Origin: a virus
DNA length: 64,000 bases
Reading direction: 5' to 3' (one strand)
Virus record (IMG/VR): IMGVR_UViG_3300018018_000001
Coordinates: 96,001 to 160,000 of that record
Each line of letters begins with the position of its first letter. The first letter of the stretch is position 1. The position numbers and the translations under genes were made by a program. The notes under the pieces were generated by a model. The model was not told the origin of the DNA. It saw only the letters and a program-made list of their open reading frames with translations, and ran no database searches. Below are positions 58,473 through 64,000 of this stretch, in pieces.

Positions 58473-58999
58473 ATGGCAAACTCAAACAAAATGAATATCG
58501 AATGGCATAAGGCGTGTTTGTATAATTCCATGATTACCGAAAATAATCTTGTAAAGGAAATTGAGAGAAGGCAAGCAGAGTTAAAAAGAACACATGAGAG
58601 TAATTTGTTTTATGCCCACCAGATTGCAACTGCTGAGGCAGAGAAAAGGGATTCTTTTGATCGTGACAGATTCATGGTAAAAAGGGGAACCAAATGAGTA
58701 GCAATATTGTTGGTTTTATACTTTTTGTCTTGAATTTTTTTGACGGTATTGCAACCTATGGTATGGTAAAGCAATTTGGTTTAATGACAGAAATGAATCC
58801 TTTAATGAGATCTCTGATGGTTATTTTATCTCCTGAGGGGTGGTTACCACTTAAAATTATGGTGGGTTTCTTGTTGTGGTGTTACTTGTCTTTTAGGTGT
58901 AATAGATTATCTTTTATTCCTACAGTAGGCTTTGGTATTGCTGCACTAGCTCTTTCTGTTGTTGATTCTATCCATGTTTTAAATTTTCTTTTTCCTTGA
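58473..58999 (+). other. Hypothetical protein 58473-58697 and DUF5658-like membrane protein 58694-58999
   Basis: LNFFDGIATY...EMNPLM and 3 TM segments in the second. Confidence 0.6.
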
Positions 59000-59005
59000 G
59001 GAAAT

Positions 59006-59509
59006 ATGCTAACCTTAGAAGAAAGAAGAAAATGGAGATTGGAAAATTTGGAAAAAGAAAGACTACGTGGTAGAAAATCATATTATAAGCATAAAAATAA
59101 AAGATCAGCCCAGAGTATTAAATGGAAGAAAGATAACCCAGGTAAAGTAAAAAGTTATCATTATAAGTATTATCAGGCGCATAAGGAAAAAAGAAAAATT
59201 ATAGTACAGGAAAAAAATAAAGAATTGTTTAATGAAATATTAAATTATTATGGTCATCAATGTTCTATAATTGATTGCGGGGGTATAGAAAATCTCCGTG
59301 TAGATCATATTGGTGGGAAGGATAATGGAGATGGATATTTGAAGGGGCATAAACTTTGGAGATGGTTGAAGAAAAACAATTTCCCTCCTGGATTTCGTAT
59401 CCTTTGTCAACGTTGTAATGCTTTAGATGGGTATCTTCGTAACTCACCATTTGGAATTAATGGGATTGATAAACTTATTGAATTGGTAAAAAACAATGAA
59501 AATAAATAA
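59006..59509 (+). CDS. HNH-like endonuclease (paralog of 42185-42676)
   Basis: YYGHQCS...VDHIGG...NNFPPGFRILC..CN. Confidence 0.75.
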   Translation: MLTLEERRKWRLENLEKERLRGRKSYYKHKNKRSAQSIKWKKDNPGKVKSYHYKYYQAHKEKRKIIVQEKNKELFNEILNYYGHQCSIIDCGGIENLRVDHIGGKDNGDGYLKGHKLWRWLKKNNFPPGFRILCQRCNALDGYLRNSPFGINGIDKLIELVKNNENK

Positions 59510-60860
59510 TCTTAGTCCATCAGCACTTAAAATTTTTGAAGTTCTTCATAAAAAAGGTTATGAAGCTTTTGTTGTTGGCGGTTTTGTTAGAGATTCTATT
59601 TTAAGAATTCCTTCCACTGATATAGATATTGTTACTTCAGCTTTACCAGATCAAATTATAGAATTATTCCCTAATGATAAAGTTGACTTGGTGGGTAAAT
59701 CTTTTGGAGTAGTATTAGTTAATGGTATTGAAGTGGCTTCCTATCGTAATGATAAATATTTTGGCTTATCTGATAAAAATTCAATTATAGAATTTGGTAC
59801 TCTTGATACTGATGCTGCAAGGCGTGATTTTACAATTAATTCAATATTTTTTGATCCAATTAGTGGAGTTATTTTTGATCCTAATAAGGGGATGAGAGAT
59901 ATTAGAAATAAAATAATCAAGTTTGTGGGAAATCCAAAAGATAGAATATTTGAGGACCCAAACCGCATGATAAGAGCCTGTCGATTTAGATCACAAATTG
60001 GTGGAATTTTTCATCCTGATACTTTTAATGCCCTAAGGGAGTTTGCTCACTTCTTAGATGCTCATGTGGCAGTAGAAAGGATTAGAATGGAAATTATAAA
60101 AGCTATGAAAACTAAAAAGTCAAGTGATTTCTTTAACGCTCTCAGAGAGATTGATGCCCTCCGGTATATATTTCCATCTCTTAATTCTTGTGTAGAAGTG
60201 GGAGGGGGAATTCATCATGGTGAAGATGTTTATACCCACAATTTAATTTCTGGTAATGACATTTCTCCTAAGTTCCCCCTTATTAAACTATCTGGATTTC
60301 TTCATGACGTAGGGAAGCCTATTTCCAAGCGATTAAACCCCAATACCGGGAATGTTTGGTTTGAAGGCCATGCTGACACAGGGGTTGAAATACTGGAACA
60401 GGAATTGAGAGACTTGACTTTTTCCAATGAGGAAATTGCCACGATTACTGGATTGGTGAAGCTTCATATGAGGATTTCTTTTGGTATGGGTCCTAAGGCT
60501 ATCCGTAAACTCCTCCGAAATTTGTGTGAGTCTGGATTGTCTTATAGGGATCTTCTTAGGCTTAGACATGCAGATATGGTGGCCAACCTTAGGAAATCTT
60601 TTAATCCCAAAAGCTTTAAGGACGCTGTGAGAAAGTTTAGGAGAGAGATTGTTGGAAACAAGAATGAACCCTTTAACTTAAAGTCCCTTAAGGTTAATGG
60701 AAAGGATGTAATGGATACTCTGAGTATCCAGCCCGGGCCAAATGTAGGAAAGATTCTCAATACCCTTTTTGAAGAAGTCCTGGAAGATCCTTCCAGGGAT
60801 GAAAAGGACTTCCTTATTGAGCGGATAAAGATTATTTGGGAAGAGTGGTGGAGAAAGTAA
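59496..60860 (+). CDS. CCA-adding / poly(A) polymerase-family tRNA nucleotidyltransferase with HD domain
   Basis: VGGFVRD, DIDIVT, RRDFTIN, EDPNRMIR, ERI..E, H...LHDVGK. Confidence 0.9.
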   Translation: MKINNLSPSALKIFEVLHKKGYEAFVVGGFVRDSILRIPSTDIDIVTSALPDQIIELFPNDKVDLVGKSFGVVLVNGIEVASYRNDKYFGLSDKNSIIEFGTLDTDAARRDFTINSIFFDPISGVIFDPNKGMRDIRNKIIKFVGNPKDRIFEDPNRMIRACRFRSQIGGIFHPDTFNALREFAHFLDAHVAVERIRMEIIKAMKTKKSSDFFNALREIDALRYIFPSLNSCVEVGGGIHHGEDVYTHNLISGNDISPKFPLIKLSGFLHDVGKPISKRLNPNTGNVWFEGHADTGVEILEQELRDLTFSNEEIATITGLVKLHMRISFGMGPKAIRKLLRNLCESGLSYRDLLRLRHADMVANLRKSFNPKSFKDAVRKFRREIVGNKNEPFNLKSLKVNGKDVMDTLSIQPGPNVGKILNTLFEEVLEDPSRDEKDFLIERIKIIWEEWWRK

Positions 60861-61102
60861 TGGAAACTGATGGATACGGGAATGTGAAATGTCCCAAATG
60901 TAAAAAATTTTATGCAGAGTCATTTGAAGAATGCCCTAATTGTTGCTCTCATGATGAATTAGAATTAGATGAAGAGTGGCAGGGGGATGATGATACTGGT
61001 GGGTGGGGGGTTAGTTTTGTGTGCTCTAGGTGTGGTAAAAATTATGATTGGGATAGGGATTATATAATTAATCACTATAAATTAGTCCGTAAGGAGAAAT
61101 AA
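60860..61102 (+). CDS. Small Zn-ribbon protein
   Basis: CPKC, CPNC, CSRC. Confidence 0.6.
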   Translation: METDGYGNVKCPKCKKFYAESFEECPNCCSHDELELDEEWQGDDDTGGWGVSFVCSRCGKNYDWDRDYIINHYKLVRKEK

Positions 61103-61710
61103 TGAATAGAGATGTGGTAAAGGAGTATCAGGGGGAAGTGGAATTTTTTTGTAAGAATATTAGGGGAGTTATTAATCACCTGGATTCTGTCTATTCCATG
61201 AAAGATATTGAGAATGACTTATGGGTATTAGTTTTTGAAACTGTCAGGGATTATGGGGATGCTGTGAATATATTCCTCATTAGAAAACGGTTCCGTAACC
61301 ATTTGATTAGACTTCTTAGGGGGCGTGCAGTCAGAATAAATGTCCTTCCCAAAATACAAGATAATGGAGAGATGGTAGACATTATTGAAAATTCAATTGA
61401 GGCTTTATACTCTCATTTTATCCATACCCCTGATGATATTTTTGATGGTAATGAACTCTTGAGGTTGGTTGACTCCTGGGTTTCGGAACAGGATGATAAT
61501 ACAAAGAGGGTTATAAGGGAACTCCTTACCCCCTCCCCTGAAGTTCTGGAGAAGTGGGAAGAGATAGCAAAAAAGACTAAGATGTATAGAAATTGTAAGA
61601 GAATTCCCGCTTCTGTAGTATCTAGGATTCTTGGAATAAAATTCAGGGAACATGTTAGAATAATGAGAAATATGAAAAACTATTTGAGAATGAAGGGTTA
61701 TGAGGTATGA
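61102..61710 (+). CDS. Putative phage sigma factor / sigma70 region 2 + HTH protein
   Basis: KDIENDLWV.VFE...Y...IRKRFRNHLI.LLR resembles region 2; C-terminal ASVVSRILGI HTH. Confidence 0.5.
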   Translation: MNRDVVKEYQGEVEFFCKNIRGVINHLDSVYSMKDIENDLWVLVFETVRDYGDAVNIFLIRKRFRNHLIRLLRGRAVRINVLPKIQDNGEMVDIIENSIEALYSHFIHTPDDIFDGNELLRLVDSWVSEQDDNTKRVIRELLTPSPEVLEKWEEIAKKTKMYRNCKRIPASVVSRILGIKFREHVRIMRNMKNYLRMKGYEV

Positions 61711-62458
61711 AATGATTGAAAAAATGAAACATGATAGTCTTGGGAATCGGATGAAGATGTATGAAAATACTTATCGCTATCATCTTCTCCGAAAAGTGCC
61801 TGTAATTGTTCGTGTAGATGGTAGAGCTTTTCATTCTCTTACCCGACATATGAGTAAACCTTTTGATCCTGGATTTATGGATTCAATGATTTCTGCTGCT
61901 ATCCATACTGCTGAGGGTATGCAGGGATTCAAGCTTGGTTACGTTCAATCTGATGAGTCTTCATTTCTTCTCCATGATTTTGACCATGATGAAACTGAGG
62001 CTTGGTTTGATTACAATATTAATAAGGTTGTTAGCATTTCAGCTTCTACAATGTCTGTTTATTTTAATTTAGCTTTGAGCCGTTATACCCAAGATTTTGG
62101 GAGTCTGGGGGTTTTTGACGGTCGATCTCATAATATTCCTAATGAAGATACTCCCAATTATTTCTTCTGGAGGTATCAGGATTGCAAGAGGAATAGCCTT
62201 CAGATGTATTGTCAGTCATTCTTTTCTCACAAGCAATTGCATGGTAAGGGGTGGTCAGATCAACATGTAATGCTTCATGGGATTGGAAAGAATTGGACTA
62301 CTGGCCTCTCTTGGAGAGAGAAAAATGGGACGTTCATTTTTCCAGGTGGGAAAACTTCAAATGACTTTGTAAATCCAAATTATTATGATATTGATTACAT
62401 GCAAATAGATAAATGGATTAATAAAAATCCTTTTAAGGTGGAGGCCAGTAATGGGTGA
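61700..62458 (+). CDS. thg1: tRNA(His) guanylyltransferase Thg1-like 3'-5' polymerase
   Basis: RMK.YE, IVRVDGRAFH, YVQSDESS, FDGR, YF.WRY.DC.RNS. Confidence 0.92.
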   Translation: MRYEMIEKMKHDSLGNRMKMYENTYRYHLLRKVPVIVRVDGRAFHSLTRHMSKPFDPGFMDSMISAAIHTAEGMQGFKLGYVQSDESSFLLHDFDHDETEAWFDYNINKVVSISASTMSVYFNLALSRYTQDFGSLGVFDGRSHNIPNEDTPNYFFWRYQDCKRNSLQMYCQSFFSHKQLHGKGWSDQHVMLHGIGKNWTTGLSWREKNGTFIFPGGKTSNDFVNPNYYDIDYMQIDKWINKNPFKVEASNG

Positions 62459-62675
62459 TGGTGCTGATGATGCAATGGAAAGGGATTTTGATTCCTATTG
62501 GGAAGAGGGTTTTCGTGATCCAGATGATTGCCCTGAATATGTTCCTTCCCAACCCCGTTATGCTGGTGATCCATGTCCCAAAGGTTGTGATGGTACTTTG
62601 GTATTGAGAAAGAATAGGACCACTGGGGTTGAATTTTTAGGATGTTCTTCATTCCCTAAGTGTAAGGGATATTAA
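62451..62675 (+). CDS. Topoisomerase C4-type zinc ribbon protein
   Basis: CPKGCDG.LV.R......FLGCSSFPKC. Confidence 0.8.
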   Translation: MGDGADDAMERDFDSYWEEGFRDPDDCPEYVPSQPRYAGDPCPKGCDGTLVLRKNRTTGVEFLGCSSFPKCKGY

Positions 62676-62691
62676 TAAAAAGGAGGAAAGT

Positions 62692-62907
62692 ATGGAAGGT
62701 ATGAAAAGAATTAAATTAGGAATGCTATGTGTTCTGTTGCTGGCCATGATGTTTATGGCTAACTCTTGTGGAAGCTGTTCAAGAGGAATAGCTAACCTTA
62801 CAGGCTATGATAAAATTTGTATAGATGGGGTGGAGTATCTTCAGTTTCCCTCTGGAGTTACCCCGGCATATTTCCCTGATGGAAGAATAAAGACTTGTGG
62901 TAAATGA
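62692..62907 (+). CDS. Small secreted/lipoprotein
   Basis: Signal peptide + C; CIDGVEY...GVTP. Confidence 0.55.
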   Translation: MEGMKRIKLGMLCVLLLAMMFMANSCGSCSRGIANLTGYDKICIDGVEYLQFPSGVTPAYFPDGRIKTCGK

Positions 62908-63290
62908 GAGTGGACTTACAAACTCTAAAAAATAAAGCCATAGAGATTTCTAAGGAATCTCCTCATCGAATAAAGATGGGAGCAGCTATCTTTAAGGGGA
63001 AGAGGTTAATATCCTTGGGGTATAATCATCCCTTGAAATCGGCTAAGCATCTTCATCCCCGATACCAGAGATGGAAGGGAAGTATTCACGCTGAGGTGGA
63101 TGCAATACTTAAAGCCAAGACTGATTTGACCCGTTGCAGTATTATAGTGGTTAGGGTTAATCGGTTTGGGATATTTAGGACTGCTAAGCCTTGTGAACGA
63201 TGCCTTTCATATATTGAGGCAGTGGGCATAAAGAAAGTTTATTACACAAGTAACTATTGTGAATTCTTTTTGGAAGAAATATCCTTATAG
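62904..63290 (+). CDS. Zn-dependent cytidine/dCMP deaminase-fold protein
   Basis: HAE and KPCERC motifs. Confidence 0.85.
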   Translation: MRVDLQTLKNKAIEISKESPHRIKMGAAIFKGKRLISLGYNHPLKSAKHLHPRYQRWKGSIHAEVDAILKAKTDLTRCSIIVVRVNRFGIFRTAKPCERCLSYIEAVGIKKVYYTSNYCEFFLEEISL

Positions 63291-63299
63291 GAGGGCAGA

Positions 63300-63542
63300 A
63301 TGAGATTTCAGGAAGCTAAAGAAAAATTGGAGTCCATGATTGGGGAAAGATATAGCCATATATCTTATAAGCTAACCTTTTGTAATAAATATAATCCCCC
63401 ACTTGTTGAATCTCAATGTGAGGTTTACGTGGAAGGTTTTGGGATAATTTTTGCACCTACTTGGGAAAAGGTTTTTGACCAATTGAATTCCGTTATGGAG
63501 GGAAGGAAACCACCCAAGACAGAAGAGATACCTGAAATATGA
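63300..63542 (+). CDS. Hypothetical protein
   Basis: ORF with GGAGG RBS. Confidence 0.55.
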   Translation: MRFQEAKEKLESMIGERYSHISYKLTFCNKYNPPLVESQCEVYVEGFGIIFAPTWEKVFDQLNSVMEGRKPPKTEEIPEI

Positions 63543-63889
63543 TTACCCAAATAACAAGATATAGGGGGGATAAAAGATTCCTCTCTAACTTTTATGAGAT
63601 TGGGATTTATTATAAGGGGGTTACTTATAAGACCCTTGAACATGCGTTCCAAGCACAAAAGACTTTGAGCCTATCCGAAAAGGCTTGGGTAGCAATAGCG
63701 GAAAAGCCTGGGGATGCCAAGTATAGAGGTAGCCAGGTTCATGTAAGAGAGGATTGGGATCAGGTTAAGGATGGGATCATGCTTGACCTCTTGAAAATAA
63801 AATTCTCTAATTCTGAATTGCTGAGGAAGCTTAAAGAGACAGGTAATTCCGAATTGATTGAGGGTAACTATTGGCATGATAATTGGTAA
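63539..63889 (+). CDS. NADAR (YbiA-like) protein, C-terminally truncated
   Basis: FLSNFY, EHAFQAQK, W...K..IM, KF, L..TG..ELIEGN.WHD; stops before the usual G.N.LG..LM segment. Confidence 0.8.
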   Translation: MITQITRYRGDKRFLSNFYEIGIYYKGVTYKTLEHAFQAQKTLSLSEKAWVAIAEKPGDAKYRGSQVHVREDWDQVKDGIMLDLLKIKFSNSELLRKLKETGNSELIEGNYWHDNW

Positions 63890-64000
63890 ATTGTTTGAGG
63901 TTCGTTCAAAAAGTTTAATAAAAAATCCTCATTATGATATTTTAAATTACCAAGGGTATAGTGAGGAGGAAGCTGTGGCTACTTTTATGGAAAGTGAGGA
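63876..64000 (+). CDS. ORF overlapping the NADAR end, runs off the window
   Basis: ATG 63876: MIIGKLFEVRSKSLIKNPHYDILNYQGYSEEEAVATFMESE, open to the window edge. Confidence 0.5.
   Translation, partial: MIIGKLFEVRSKSLIKNPHYDILNYQGYSEEEAVATFMESE

Noticed and set aside
1-64000. Prophage/host junction, integrase, reverse transcriptase (DGR/retron), rRNA or structural genes
   Set aside because: No corresponding motifs were seen; the whole window reads as the non-structural portion of a phage genome.

Overview
A 64-kb segment of a large, AT-rich dsDNA bacteriophage genome, standard genetic code. No host housekeeping block, integrase or att site is visible. Family calls come from motifs I recognise and were not confirmed by HMM search. 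The window has two divergent arms that meet at about 20.5 kb. The left arm (minus strand) runs from an intein-containing class II ribonucleotide reductase, through a 12-gene glycosyltransferase/methyltransferase/radical-SAM cluster, overlapped spanins and an intein-containing ATP-dependent RNA ligase, to a lytic transglycosylase. The right arm (plus strand) starts with early-type small genes and a Ycf46-like AAA ATPase/DUF1257/DUF2997/DUF3150-like module, all behind repeated sigma28 (FliA)-like promoters. It continues with recombination and replication genes (SbcCD, resolvase, SSB, RecA, UvsW-like helicase, 5'-3' exonuclease, primase-helicase, UDG-PolA with an intein) and an iteron-type origin. 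It also carries three DNA methyltransferases (one split by a homing endonuclease gene), two CCA-less tRNAs, tRNA end-repair enzymes (CCA-adding, Thg1-like), a sigma-like protein and a truncated NADAR. There are three inteins and about 11 free-standing homing-endonuclease-like ORFs. The most striking observations are: a nine-copy sigma28-type promoter regulon; a C-terminal R-K-I-R-L-(D/E) peptide tag shared by the AAA ATPase and three co-regulated proteins; the split methyltransferase; and the glycan-tailoring island. The spanins, sigma28-type promoters and B12-dependent RNR suggest a flagellated, probably anaerobic diderm host (inference).
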